DNA of 64,000 nucleotides, from positions 70,125 to 134,124 of the forward strand of contig CAVXNR010000006.1 of the NCBI GenBank assembly GCA_963763095.1, read 5' to 3'. This document shows, piece after piece, positions 9,216-19,761 of this stretch. A model generated the notes under the pieces. That model had not been told where the DNA came from and did not search any database. It saw only the letters and a list, made by a program, of their open reading frames with translations. Made by a program: the position numbers and the translations under genes. How positions within the stretch are numbered: the stretch's first letter is position 1; every line of letters starts with the position of its first letter. The stretch comes from Vicinamibacteria bacterium (GTDB lineage Bacteria; Acidobacteriota; Vicinamibacteria; Vicinamibacterales; JAENWD01).

Positions 9216-9481
9216 CCATCCGCCTGTTTGCGCGTCTGCGGGAGATCGCAGGGGCCGGAGAACTGGTGCTGGATGTGCCGGCGCCCGCAACGCTCGGTGC
9301 GGTCTGGGCCGAGCTCGCGAGCCGTCACCCCGAGCTGGCACCGTATGCCGCATCCGTGTCGGTTGCGCGCAACCTGGAGTACGCGCGCATGGACACCGCC
9401 GTGTCGGATGGCGACGAGATTGCGTTCCTGCCGCCCGTGTCCGGCGGTACATGCGGCCCGCGGCCTCGCATGTCGGAATAA
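9206..9481 (+). CDS. moaD: Molybdopterin synthase sulfur-carrier subunit (MoaD/ThiS beta-grasp) with a 10-aa extension after the GG motif
   Basis: [16 protein letters not shown]...[14 protein letters not shown] followed by [10 protein letters not shown] and a stop. Overlaps moaE by 10 nt. Confidence 0.8.
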   Translation: MRVTIRLFARLREIAGAGELVLDVPAPATLGAVWAELASRHPELAPYAASVSVARNLEYARMDTAVSDGDEIAFLPPVSGGTCGPRPRMSE

Positions 9482-9495
9482 GCACGACATCACGC

Positions 9496-10578
9496 ATGCT
9501 GGACAAGCTCACATCCATCGAACACCACTACACGGAGCTGGCGAGCCTGCTCGCCGAGCCCACGGTGCAGGGCGATCCCTCGGAGTACCGCAAGCACGCA
9601 CGGGCTCTCGCGGAAATCGAGCCCACCGTCGAACGGTTCCGCGAGTACAAGAACGTCGTCGCGGAACTGGCGCAGGCGCAGGAGCTCGTGCGCTCCGGGG
9701 ACGCCGAGATGCGAGCGCTCGCGCAGGAGGAGCTCACGATGCTGGAGGCGCGACGTGACGCGCTGCTCCAGGAATTGAAGCTCCTGCTCGTTCCGAAGGA
9801 CCCGAACGACGAGAAGAACGTGCTGCTCGAGATCCGCGCCGGCACGGGCGGCGACGAGGCCGCACTGTTCGCGGCCGAACTGTTCCGGATGTATAGCCGC
9901 TATGCCGAGCGGCAGGGCTGGCGCCTCGAGCTGATGTCGATGAGCGACACCGGGATCGGCGGCATCAACAAGGTGGTCGCCTCAATCGAAGGCGAGCGGG
10001 TGTACAGCCGGCTGAAATACGAGAGCGGCGTGCATCGCGTCCAGCGCGTGCCGGCAACCGAGGCGAGCGGGCGCGTGCACACGTCGACCGCCACTGTCGC
10101 GGTACTGCCGGAGGCGGAGGAGGTGGACGTCCAGATTGACCCCAAGGACATCCGCATCGACACGTTCTGCTCGAGCGGACCAGGCGGCCAGAGCGTGAAC
10201 ACGACATACTCGGCGGTGCGGATCACGCACATCCCCACCGGGGAAGTGGTCTCCCAGCAGGACGAGAAATCCCAGATCAAGAACCGGCAGAAGGCCATGA
10301 AGGTGCTGCGCACGCGTCTGTACGAGAAGGAGCTGCGCAAGCAGCAGGACGCGATCGCGAAGGAGCGGCGCGGCCAGGTGGGCACCGGCGAGCGGTCCGA
10401 GAAGATCCGCACGTACAACTTTCCTCAGAACCGGATCACGGACCACCGGATCAACTTCACGACGCACCAGCTCACCGATGTGATGAATGGGGATCTCGCC
10501 GAGCTCGTCGACTGCGTGGTCTCCCATTACCAGGCAGAGAAGCTGAAGGATGCGACAGAGGACGGAGCCGGTGTCTGA
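9496..10578 (+). CDS. prfA: Peptide chain release factor 1
   Basis: [19 protein letters not shown].. start at ATG 9496. RF1-type PAT tripeptide ([14 protein letters not shown]) and GGQ motif ([12 protein letters not shown]). Confidence 0.95.
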   Translation: MLDKLTSIEHHYTELASLLAEPTVQGDPSEYRKHARALAEIEPTVERFREYKNVVAELAQAQELVRSGDAEMRALAQEELTMLEARRDALLQELKLLLVPKDPNDEKNVLLEIRAGTGGDEAALFAAELFRMYSRYAERQGWRLELMSMSDTGIGGINKVVASIEGERVYSRLKYESGVHRVQRVPATEASGRVHTSTATVAVLPEAEEVDVQIDPKDIRIDTFCSSGPGGQSVNTTYSAVRITHIPTGEVVSQQDEKSQIKNRQKAMKVLRTRLYEKELRKQQDAIAKERRGQVGTGERSEKIRTYNFPQNRITDHRINFTTHQLTDVMNGDLAELVDCVVSHYQAEKLKDATEDGAGV

Positions 10579-11500
10579 CCAGGTGGTGGCCACCCCGGTG
10601 ACCCTGCACGACCGCGTTCGCGCCGCGCGCGAGCGGCTGGTGGCAGCGGGTCTGGCCGAGCAGCACGCCACCATCGATGCCGAGGTGCTGGCGCGCCTCG
10701 CGCTCGGCTGGGACAGGGCCGAGTACCTGGCCCGTCGGAGCGACGCACCTCCCTTGGGCTTCCAGTCCGCCTACGAGCCGCTGGTCGCACGACGCGCACG
10801 TCGCGAACCGGTGGCGCAGATTGCAGGGTACCGGGAGTTCTGGAACCGCGACTTCGAGGTCAGCCGCGACGTGCTCACCCCGCGCCCGGAAACCGAGCTG
10901 ATTGTGGAAGAGGCGCTCGCAATCCATGCATCCGCGACTGGCGAGGCATCGATGGTGGCGCCGTCGTTGCTGCGCGCCGCGAAGCCGTGGCGCCTCGTAG
11001 ACGTGGGAACGGGTAGCGGGTGCCTCGCCGTGACGCTCGCCCTCGAGCTGCCAGGAGTGGACGTGCTCGCCACTGAGATCTCGGAGCGCGCGTTGGCCGT
11101 GGCGCAGCGAAACGCGATTCGCCTGGGCGCCGCCGATCAGGTGCGGTTCGTCTGCACGAGCCTGCTCGAGGGCGTGGCACCCGGGATCGACATGATCGTC
11201 TCGAATCCGCCGTACGTGCCCGCTGCCTACCGGTCCGGCCTGTCATCCGAGGTCCGCGACTACGAGCCTGCAGAAGCGGTGTTCGGCGGCGCGGACGGCT
11301 TCGAGCTGATACGCACGCTGCTCCAGCAGTCCGCCGCACTCCTGGTTCGACGGGGATGGCTGCTCATGGAGTTCGGCGCGGGGCAAGACGACCAGGTCCG
11401 TGCCATTGTCGCGGAGTATCCGCCGCTGGCGGTCGAGGCGATTCGCGACGATCTGCAGGGAATCCCCCGCATGGCCGTGATCCGTCGAGGCGGCAGCTGA
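10550..11500 (+). CDS. prmC: Release-factor glutamine N5-methyltransferase
   Basis: Follows prfA with a 29-nt overlap. GTGSGC SAM motif and IVSNPPYVP (NPPY) catalytic motif. Confidence 0.85.
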   Translation: MRQRTEPVSDQVVATPVTLHDRVRAARERLVAAGLAEQHATIDAEVLARLALGWDRAEYLARRSDAPPLGFQSAYEPLVARRARREPVAQIAGYREFWNRDFEVSRDVLTPRPETELIVEEALAIHASATGEASMVAPSLLRAAKPWRLVDVGTGSGCLAVTLALELPGVDVLATEISERALAVAQRNAIRLGAADQVRFVCTSLLEGVAPGIDMIVSNPPYVPAAYRSGLSSEVRDYEPAEAVFGGADGFELIRTLLQQSAALLVRRGWLLMEFGAGQDDQVRAIVAEYPPLAVEAIRDDLQGIPRMAVIRRGGS

Positions 11501-11578
11501 CCAGTTGCGCCAGAATCCGTTGTGGCGTGGAACTGGGACTTCAGTTCCGGCGGACATCCGCCTTGGAGGTTCAACGAC

Positions 11579-11923
11579 ATGAGCGACTGCCTCTTCTGCA
11601 GCGTCGTCAGCGGGGACATTCCGGCCTCAATTGTCCGGGAGGACGCGGAACTCGTAGCCTTCAACGACATCAACCCGCAGGCGCCGCTGCACGCGCTGAT
11701 TATTCCGCGCCGCCACATCGCGACCCTGAACGACCTCGGCGAGTCGGACGATGCGCTCGTGGGGCGGATGCTGCGCTTCGCCGCGACGATAGCCGCGGAG
11801 GCGGGGTACGCTGACAGAGGCTACCGCACGGTGTTCAACTGCAACCGGGAGGCGGGCCAGTCGGTGTTCCACATCCACCTGCATCTCCTCGCCGGACGCG
11901 GCCTCCGCTGGCCCCCCGGATAG
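11579..11923 (+). CDS. HIT-family nucleotide hydrolase/transferase
   Basis: MSDCLFCSVVSGDIPA.. and histidine triad HIHLHLL. ATG 11579 chosen inside ORF 11522..11923. Confidence 0.85.
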   Translation: MSDCLFCSVVSGDIPASIVREDAELVAFNDINPQAPLHALIIPRRHIATLNDLGESDDALVGRMLRFAATIAAEAGYADRGYRTVFNCNREAGQSVFHIHLHLLAGRGLRWPPG

Positions 11924-11954
11924 AGCCACGGCGTTTTGCCGGCCCGGTTCCTGT

Positions 11955-12659
11955 TCAGATCAGGGCTGGCAGCTCCGTGAGCGACCGGATCACCGGCACA
12001 TCCGCGCTGACGGCCGCAGCGCTCGCCACGCGGCCCGGACCGATGTCGGCCGACCTCCGCACGAGCACCCCCCGCATGCCAACCTGGACGGCGCCCTCGA
12101 TGTCGTGCGTGAGGCTGTCCCCCACCATGACCGCGTCTTCGGCCCGCACATCCAGCAGACGGAGCGCAGCCTCGAAGATGCTCGGGTGCGGCTTCATGTA
12201 CCCGTGCTCCGAGGAGGACACGGCAGCCGAGATCAACCCCTCGAGTTCGAAATGGCTCCCGAAGGAAGCCAGACACCGATGGCTGTTCGAAATCAGGCCG
12301 ATCCGCATCCCGCGTCGGGCGATCTCCCGCAGCGTGTCCGGCACGTCGTCATAGAGCTCGAAGTGGTGACTGCCGGCCCACTCGTCGTAGATCTCACGGG
12401 CGCAGGCGTCCAGCTGCGGCCCCTCGCCTCCCATGCCGGTGATGATGGCCGCGGTGTATCGATGGAAGAGGGCCGCTTCGTAAATGTGGCCGCGGGCCTC
12501 CTCCAGCACGGCCGAGGCAGCAGCCACCGCCGCCTCGAAGCGCGAGGGATTGACGTCGATGCCGTGACGGGCACAGAACTGCTGATACCCCTCGCCGCGG
12601 AACGTCGGACCAGGGTGGATGAGCGTGAAGTCGACGTCGAAGAAGACCGCGTGCGTCAC
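11955..12659 (-). CDS. HAD-superfamily hydrolase
   Basis: Motif I FFDVDFTL (DxDxT), motif with LISNS, and motif IV VGDSLTHD. Confidence 0.75.
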   Translation of the reverse strand: MTHAVFFDVDFTLIHPGPTFRGEGYQQFCARHGIDVNPSRFEAAVAAASAVLEEARGHIYEAALFHRYTAAIITGMGGEGPQLDACAREIYDEWAGSHHFELYDDVPDTLREIARRGMRIGLISNSHRCLASFGSHFELEGLISAAVSSSEHGYMKPHPSIFEAALRLLDVRAEDAVMVGDSLTHDIEGAVQVGMRGVLVRRSADIGPGRVASAAAVSADVPVIRSLTELPALI

Positions 12660-13954
12660 CGAGGTGAGGGAGCGTCGACGTGCGCCGCCGGATCGTACGG
12701 GCCGGCGATCACGACCGATGCGCGATCGGGGTGCAGGATCCGCCGTGTCGCCGCGTGCACGTCTTCGAGCGTCACGGCGTCGAGCAGCGCCGGCAGCCGC
12801 TGATCGTGGTCGTGCCCCAGCCCGAAGAACTCCGCCGTATGCAGGAACGAGGCGATTCCCGAGTTGGTTTCGAGGTTCCTCGGCATCGACCCGATCAGGT
12901 ATCGCTTGGCATCGGCCAGTTCCGAGGGCGTCACCCCGTCGCGGACGATCGTCCGGACCTCCTCGTCGATTGACGCCACCGTGCGATCCACGTTTTGCGG
13001 CGCTACGCCCGCCCGGATGACGAGCGGTCCTTCGGCCAGGTTGCCGTCGAAGCTGCTGAAGGCGTAGTACGCCATCCCCTGCCGCTCGCGGATGCTGTCG
13101 CCGAGCCGCCCGCCCAGCCCGTACTGCCCGAGGACATTGTTCATCAACGTGAGCGCGTAGTAGTCCGGATCGCGCCGTGTGACCGTGACGAACCCGTACG
13201 CCACGTCCGCCTGCGCCTTGTTCATCATGGGGAGTACCAGATGTCTGCGACCGGCGGCGGGGCCGAGCGGCGGAAGCGCAAGCGGCAGGGACCTGGGTGT
13301 GTGCCAGTCGCCGAACACCCGTTCGGCGGCAGCAATGGCACGCGGCGCGGACACGTCCCCGACGATGACCACCATGAGATGTTCGGGCGAGAACCGCGCC
13401 CGGTGGTAGGCCACCAGGTCCGCGCGCGTTGTCGCTTCCACCGTCGCCACGACGCCTTTGGTTGGCCGGCCGTAAGGGTGCCCATCCGGATACAGCAGCC
13501 CCATCAGCCCTTCGACGGCCATCGTCGCGGGGCTGTCTTCGTCCTGGCGGATGGCCGTGACGATCTCACCGCGCCGGGTGTCGACTTCGGCCGGGGGGAA
13601 CGTGGGCCGTCGCACGACGTCGCCGACGAGTCCGATCATGTCGTCGAAATCCTCGGCCAGACACGTACAGCCGAGCGTCAGCAGGTGACGTCCCACGCTC
13701 GAGTTCAGCGTCACTCCGCGGCCATCGAGCGCCTCCGCTATCGCATCGCCGCTTCGCGTCTCGGTGCCGCGATCGATCACCTTCGAGACGAAATGGGCCA
13801 GTCCCAATCGGTCGGCGGGATCGTGGGCGCTGCCGGCGCGCACGGCAACCAGCATCGTCACGGCCGCATGTGTCACGGTCTGCTGCGCCAGCACGACCGC
13901 CCCATTCGCGAGTGCGGCGCGAGTCGGCGCGAGGCCCTGAAGAAGCGTGCTCAC
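12656..13954 (-). CDS. M16-family peptidase, non-catalytic-type subunit
   Basis: M16 N- and C-domains, but the HxxEH position reads HFVSKV. GTG start at 13954 overlaps the upstream M16 stop (GTGA). Confidence 0.8.
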   Translation of the reverse strand: MSTLLQGLAPTRAALANGAVVLAQQTVTHAAVTMLVAVRAGSAHDPADRLGLAHFVSKVIDRGTETRSGDAIAEALDGRGVTLNSSVGRHLLTLGCTCLAEDFDDMIGLVGDVVRRPTFPPAEVDTRRGEIVTAIRQDEDSPATMAVEGLMGLLYPDGHPYGRPTKGVVATVEATTRADLVAYHRARFSPEHLMVVIVGDVSAPRAIAAAERVFGDWHTPRSLPLALPPLGPAAGRRHLVLPMMNKAQADVAYGFVTVTRRDPDYYALTLMNNVLGQYGLGGRLGDSIRERQGMAYYAFSSFDGNLAEGPLVIRAGVAPQNVDRTVASIDEEVRTIVRDGVTPSELADAKRYLIGSMPRNLETNSGIASFLHTAEFFGLGHDHDQRLPALLDAVTLEDVHAATRRILHPDRASVVIAGPYDPAAHVDAPSPR

Positions 13955-15275
13955 TGCGCCTCCGCGCTGCCGGCCGTCGGCTTGAACCAACCCACCGTGC
14001 GATTGCTGGCGCGCAAGCACGACGCGGCGGCACGGGCGACCGCGTCGAGGCTGACCGCGGCAATGGCGTCCCACGATCGGTGATAGAGGTCCACGTCCGC
14101 GATCGTCTGGAAGTACCCGAGCTGGTGGGCGATGTTCGTGCCGCTGTCCGACTCGAACACGAGCCTCGCCCTCAGCTGGTGCTTCGCGCGCTGGAGCTCG
14201 CCCGCTGTGATGCCGTCTGCCCGCACCGCGTCGAGCACGTGGACCGCCGCTTCTTCCACCGCCTCGAGCGGAACGCCTTCCGCAGCCGTGACTGCTACCG
14301 AGTACAGGAAGGGATGCTCGGTGGGCATCAGCGCGCCGAATACAGAGGACGCGAGGCGGCGATCCACGAGCGCGCGATACAGCCGGGCACTCCGCTGGGG
14401 AGGATTGCGGAACGAGGACCAGAGGTTCACTCCCTTCGCGCCCGTGAGCACGGCGTCGAGGACGAGCATCGGGAAGAAATCGGGGTGCTTCGCCTCCGGC
14501 GCGTGGTACGCAAGTTTCAGGTACGCCGTCGTGCCTTCCTTTTCGATGGTGACGCGGCGCTCCCCCACCTGGGCGGGCTCGAGCGTTCGAATGCGGGAAG
14601 GCACGCGCCCCGGGGGATCCGGCCGAAGTGCGCCTCTACCCGGCGGAGCACGTCGTCGGTCTCGACGTCGCCAACGACCACGAGCGTCGCGTTGCCAGGA
14701 ACATAGAAGTCGCGATAGTGGCCGTAGAGATCGTCGCGGGTCATGGTCTCGAGGTCGCTCAGCCACCCGATCGTCGGATGCCGATACGGGTGCGCCTTGA
14801 AGGCGGCGGCGGTAACCTCGGTATCGAGCAGCTGCTCGGGATCGTTGTCGCCCCCCTGCAGCTCCGCGATGATGACCGTGCGCTCCGATTCGCATTCCTC
14901 CGGATCGAACAGGCCGTTCGCCATCCGCTCGGCTTCGATGAAGAGCATGCGATCGAGCGCGTCGCGCGTGGCGGTCTCGAGATAGGTGGTCTGATCGATC
15001 CACGTGTAGCCGTTCCAGCTGCCCCCGAACTGCTCGATGATCCCTTTCACCTGGTCGCGCGGGATATTGGTCGTGCCTTTGAAGTTCATGTGCTCGACCC
15101 AATGCGAGACGCCGGTCAGACCGGGGCGTTCGTCTTTCGATCCGACTTTGTACCAGCACCAGACCGATGCGAGCGGTGCCGTGTGCATCTCCTGCACGAG
15201 AACGGTGAGCCCGTTATCGAGCACCACTTCACGCACTGGCAGCATCGACGGGAGAGCGGGAACCTGCGTGGCCAT
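13951..15275 (-). pseudogene. M16-family zinc peptidase (catalytic-type, HxxEH), interrupted by one -1 frameshift
   Basis: The N-half sits in the frame of ORF 14517..15359 (start ATG 15275; SHWVEHMNFKG). The C-half sits in the frame of ORF 13951..15159. The join FGRIPRG|RVPSRIRTLEP requires one extra nt in the C5G4 run at 14608-14616. Confidence 0.8.
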
Positions 15276-15452
15276 GGGTCGATTATATGAGGGAGAAGCG
15301 TCCCCTCCGGAGGTCAATTCCCGCAAAAACATTAGAATTTCCGCGACATTGCACGCCACGACAGTAATAAGCTGTGGCCGCGCGTTTGCAGTGAGGGACT
15401 ACGTCATCGGCGCGGTCGCCAGCTCGGCAGATTTTTCAGGAGGAGGATACAA

Positions 15453-16304
15453 ATGAGGCGTTCTTTGGCAGTGGCTGCGAGCACGGCGCTCGCCTTGATT
15501 TTGACGTTGCCAGCTCTGGCTCAGCAGTCGGCCATGTTCATGTTGCGGTCGGGCGAGCAGGTGTCCGGTCAGCTCGTGGATATGGGCGGTTCAGGATTCG
15601 AGGTCCGGGTCGGCGGGGCCGCCCGCCAGCTCTCGACCGGAGACGTGGCCGTCATCGACTTCAGCGGGAGCACCAGCTTCCCGGATAATGAGGTCAACCA
15701 GATTCAGGCTGGCAAGCACCTGATTGTGCTCTCCAATGGACAGATCGTTAGCGGCAACCTCTACGATATCGGCGGCGAGCAGCCAAAGCGCATCTCGGTG
15801 CACACCGACACCGGTAACCGGGACTTCCGCTCGAACGAGGTGCGGCGCATCTACCTCGCGCGCCCGAGCGGCGCGCGCGCTGCTACGCCGGTCCCGCCGG
15901 CCGCGCTGGGTTCTTCGACCCTCCCGGCAACCGGCGGACAGATTCGTGTGCCTGCCAACCAGCACTGGACCGACACCGGAATCACGGTGCGCCGCGGCGA
16001 CAGGGTGACGTTCAATGCCAGCGGCCAGGTGCAGTTCAGCGCGAACGCCAGCGACAAGGCGACCTCGGTCGGGGCGAGCAGCGGACAGCGCCCATCTGGA
16101 CCGATGGCCAACGTGCCCGTGGGCGCGCTGCTCGGACGTGTGGGTCCGGTGGCGGTCTTTGCGATCGGCAACCAGACCACGCTGCCGATGCCGGCGGACG
16201 GACGGCTGTTCCTCGGCGTGAACGACGATCAGATCACCGACAACCAGGGCGAGTTCACGGTCGACGTGCGGCCCGATCCGACGTCTGCCACCAGGCGCCG
16301 CTAG
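15453..16304 (+). CDS. Secreted hypothetical protein with internal ~50-aa duplication and beta-rich C-terminal domain
   Basis: Strong SD AGGAGGAGGA. Signal peptide [25 protein letters not shown]. Repeated module [16 protein letters not shown].. / [16 protein letters not shown]... Confidence 0.6.
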   Translation: MRRSLAVAASTALALILTLPALAQQSAMFMLRSGEQVSGQLVDMGGSGFEVRVGGAARQLSTGDVAVIDFSGSTSFPDNEVNQIQAGKHLIVLSNGQIVSGNLYDIGGEQPKRISVHTDTGNRDFRSNEVRRIYLARPSGARAATPVPPAALGSSTLPATGGQIRVPANQHWTDTGITVRRGDRVTFNASGQVQFSANASDKATSVGASSGQRPSGPMANVPVGALLGRVGPVAVFAIGNQTTLPMPADGRLFLGVNDDQITDNQGEFTVDVRPDPTSATRRR

Positions 16305-16313
16305 TCTTCGACA

Positions 16314-16344
16314 GACGAGCGCCCGGGATCCCCGGGCGCTCGTC
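16314..16344 (+). terminator. Perfect 14-bp GC hairpin after the secreted-protein gene
   Basis: GACGAGCGCCCGGG-atc-CCCGGGCGCTCGTC starts 10 nt after the stop. There is no U-tract, so termination efficiency is uncertain. Confidence 0.45.
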
Positions 16345-16390
16345 CTCTGATCCGTCGTCGACGGGGTGCGGAGTACAATCCACAGTTCAT

Positions 16391-19213
16391 ATGGCGGATT
16401 GGAAAGACACCCTGAACCTGCCTCGCACGACCTTTCCGATGAAGGCCAATCTCCAGGCTGCCGAGCCGGAGATGATCGCGTGGTGGGACGACATCGATCT
16501 GTATGAACGCATCCGGGAGGCCCGTGCGGGTCGGCCCCGGTTCGTTCTGCACGACGGTCCGCCCTACGCGAACGGCCAGATCCACCTCGGCACCGCGCTC
16601 AACAAGATCCTCAAGGACTTCGTCGTGAAGTCGCGGTGCATGTCGGGCTTCGACACGCCGTACGTCCCGGGATACGACTGCCATGGCTTGCCCATCGAGC
16701 TGAAGGTCGATCGCGAGCTTGGGCCGAGAAAGCGGGAGATGACGCTCGCCGACGTGCGACGAGCCTGCCGCGCCTACGCGGAGCGCTTCATCGGCGTGAT
16801 GACGGAAGAGTTTCAGCGGCTCGGGATCTTCGGCGACTGGCAGCATCCCTACCTGACGATGAACTACCGGTACCAGGCGGCAATCGCGCGTGCGCTGGGA
16901 CGGTTCGTCGAGCGCGCGCTGGTCTACAAGGGGAAAAAGCCGGTCCACTGGTGCATCCACTGCCGTACCGCCCTCGCGGAGGCCGAGGTCGAGTACGCGG
17001 ATCACGTGTCGCCGTCCATCTACGTCGAGTTCGCGCTCGCCGCGTCGAGCGCTGAGGACGCCGGCGGGCGGATCCCTGCGCTCGCCGGGCGCAAGGTCTC
17101 CGTCCTGATCTGGACGACCACGCCATGGACCATTCCGTCGAACCTGGCCATCGCCTTTCACCCCGATTTCGAGTACGGCGCGTATGAGGTCGACGGCCGC
17201 GTCGTGATCATTGCGACCGCGCTCGCACCGGCCGTCACCGACGCCGTTGGCCGCCCCCTGGATCGACCGATCGCGCGGTTCAAGGGCGCGGAACTCGAAG
17301 GCCTGGTGTTCCGCCATCCCTTGTACGAGCGCGACTCGCTGCGCCGTGCTGGGTGACTACGTGACGCTCGAGCAGGGCACCGGGGCCGTGCACACCGCAC
17401 CCGGTCATGGCGCGGACGACTTCCTCACCGGCCGCAAGTACGGACTCGAGATCTACGCGCCGGTCGGACCCGACGGTCGCTTCACCGACGAGGTGGGCCT
17501 CTTTGCGGGGGAGCAGGTGTTCGAGGCCAACCCGGCTGTGATCGAGGCGCTGAACGATCGGGGACGCCTGTGGCACCACCACTCGTTCACGCACCAGTAC
17601 CCGCATTGCTGGCGCTGTCATAACCCGGTGATCTTCCTCGCGACCTGGCAGTGGTTCGTGCGCATGGACGGAGAGCCGTCGGTCGGAGAGGACGGCGCTC
17701 GGCGCACCCTGCGCGATGCCGCGCTGCATGCGATCGCCGAGGACGTGTCATGGGTTCCGGCATGGGGGCGGGAGCGAATCCAGAGCATGGTCGCGAACCG
17801 GCCGGACTGGTGCATCTCGCGCCAGCGTGCCTGGGGCGTTCCCATCCCGGCTGTCGACTGCACGTCGTGTGGCGAAGCCCTGCTCACCACAGCGCTGATC
17901 GAGCGCGCGGCCGGGGTGTTCGAGCAGTACGGCGCAGACGCGTGGTACGAGCGGCCGATCGAGGAGTTCCTGCCGGAGGGGCTGGCGTGTCCGGCGTGTG
18001 GCGCGGGGTCGTTCGTGCGCGAGCGCGACATCCTGGACGTGTGGTTCGACTCGGGATCGAGCCATGAGGCCGTGCTGCCCTTCCGCCCGGAACTGACCTG
18101 GCCGGCGGACCTGTACCTGGAGGGGAGTGACCAGCACCGCGGCTGGTTCCAGAGTTCGCTGCTCGTCGGGCTCGCAACACGGGGAAGACCGCCGTTCCGC
18201 GAGGTGCTGACGCACGGGTTCCTCATCGACCTCGACGGACGGAAGATGTCGAAATCCGTGGGCAACGTGATCCTGCCGCAGGAGATCATCGAGGAGAGCG
18301 GGGCGGAGGTGCTGCGCCTGTGGGTCACCTCGACCGACTACCGAGACGAGCTGCGCGTCAGCAAGGAGATCCTGGCGCGGGTGGTCGAGGCGTACCGGAA
18401 AATCCGGAACACGTGCCGCATCCTGGTGGCCAACCTGTACGACTTCGATTCGGCTACCGACTCGGTCCCGCCGGACGCACTCGAAGCGGTCGATCGCTAC
18501 GCGCTGGCCAGGTATGCGGAGGCCGCCTTGAAGATGCGCCGCGCCTACGACGCGTACGATTTCCCGGTGATCTTCCACACGCTGAACGCGCTGGTGACGG
18601 TGGACCTGAGCGCCTTCTACGTGGATGTCTCGAAAGACCGCCTGTACACGCTCGCGGCGCGGTCGCGCGAGCCGGCGCGCCGCGCAGACGGCCATGTACA
18701 CGATCGTCGACGGGCTCGCCCGGCTGATGGCGCCGATGCTGCCGGTGACGGCCGAACAGCTCTGGAAGGTGTTGCCTGGCGGACGGGAGACATCCGTGCA
18801 CATGGCGCTGTTTCCGGATGCGGCGATGCTCGAAGGACTCGCCAACCCTGCTCTGATGGAGGACTGGCATGAGCTCCGCCTGCTACGCGACCAGGCGAAC
18901 GTGGAGATCGAGCGCCAGCGCAAGGCAAAGGTGATTGGCACCTCGCTCGGCGCACGACTGACGGTCGAAGCCGCCGGCGAAGACTACCAACGGCTGCAGC
19001 GGTATGCCGCCGGACCTGCCGACGCTGTTCATCGTGTCCGAGGTCGCGGTGCTGCAGGGCAACGACGGCCCGCCGCGCTTCGTCGCGGAGCGTGCTACCG
19101 GCAGCAAGTGCGATCGCTGCTGGCGATACGTGCCGCGCGTCTCGTCGGAACCGGGACGAGAGGGACTCTGCGACCGCTGCGTCGAGGCGCTTGGCGAGCC
19201 CGTCGCGTCGTGA
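16391..19213 (+). pseudogene. ileS: Isoleucine--tRNA ligase, reading frame broken three times (+1 each)
   Basis: Four ORF pieces: 16391..17356, 17211..18872, 18625.., and 19004..19213. HIGH-type [17 protein letters not shown] (GRKMSKSVGN), and C-terminal Zn ribbon CDRCWRY..CDRC. Joins are at ~17339-17347 (DSLR|VLGDYV), ~18669-18687 (SREPARR|QTAMY) and ~19006-19014 (QRYAA|DLPTLFIV). Confidence 0.9.
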
Positions 19214-19761
19214 GCACACGACGGCTGCCCCGCGTGCTCGTCGAACGGCGGTTCGAATGGCCCCTGATCGCGCTGGTCGTGATCGCCGACCAGATCACGA
19301 AGCTGCTGGTCGTGCTGGAGCTGGGTCTCCACGAGAGCCTGCCCGTGATCCGCGGGTTGCTGGATCTCACGCATGTCCGGAACACAGGCGCCGCGTTCGG
19401 CTTCCTGAACACCGCGGATTTTCCGGGTAAGCCGGCCGTCATTGCCGTCGTGGCACTCGGGGCACTCGTCGGTGTGTCCTGGTACGCCCGGCAACTGCCT
19501 GCGGCGCACTGGCTTGCGCGGCTCGGCCTGGCACTGATCCTCGGGGGCGCGGCCGGGAACCTGATCGACCGGGTGCGGCAGGGATACGTCGTAGATTTCG
19601 TGGACGTCTATTGGGGCGACTGGCACTTCTGGGCGTTCAACGTGGCCGACGCGGCGATCTCGGTTGGCGTCGGCATCATCATCCTCGACCTGCTGCGGCC
19701 GGCGCACGCGGGGTCATCGTCCGACACGGCACACGAGAGCGAGTCGTCCAGTGTTTCCTGA
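19210..19761 (+). CDS. lspA: Lipoprotein signal peptidase (SPase II)
   Basis: GTG 19210 overlaps the ileS stop (GTGA). Motifs NTGAAFGF and FNVADAAISVG. Confidence 0.85.
   Translation: MSTRRLPRVLVERRFEWPLIALVVIADQITKLLVVLELGLHESLPVIRGLLDLTHVRNTGAAFGFLNTADFPGKPAVIAVVALGALVGVSWYARQLPAAHWLARLGLALILGGAAGNLIDRVRQGYVVDFVDVYWGDWHFWAFNVADAAISVGVGIIILDLLRPAHAGSSSDTAHESESSSVS

Noticed and set aside
11530-11560. Shared 14-mer ACTTCAGTTCCGGC and GGAGGTTCA upstream of the HIT gene and of the CsgG-like gene (31575-31588 and 31694-31702) as a common regulatory motif or sigma-54 site
   Set aside because: Only two copies are visible. They do not fit the TGGCAC-N5-TTGC sigma-54 consensus. GGAGGTTCA is probably just SD context. 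This is too little evidence to call.
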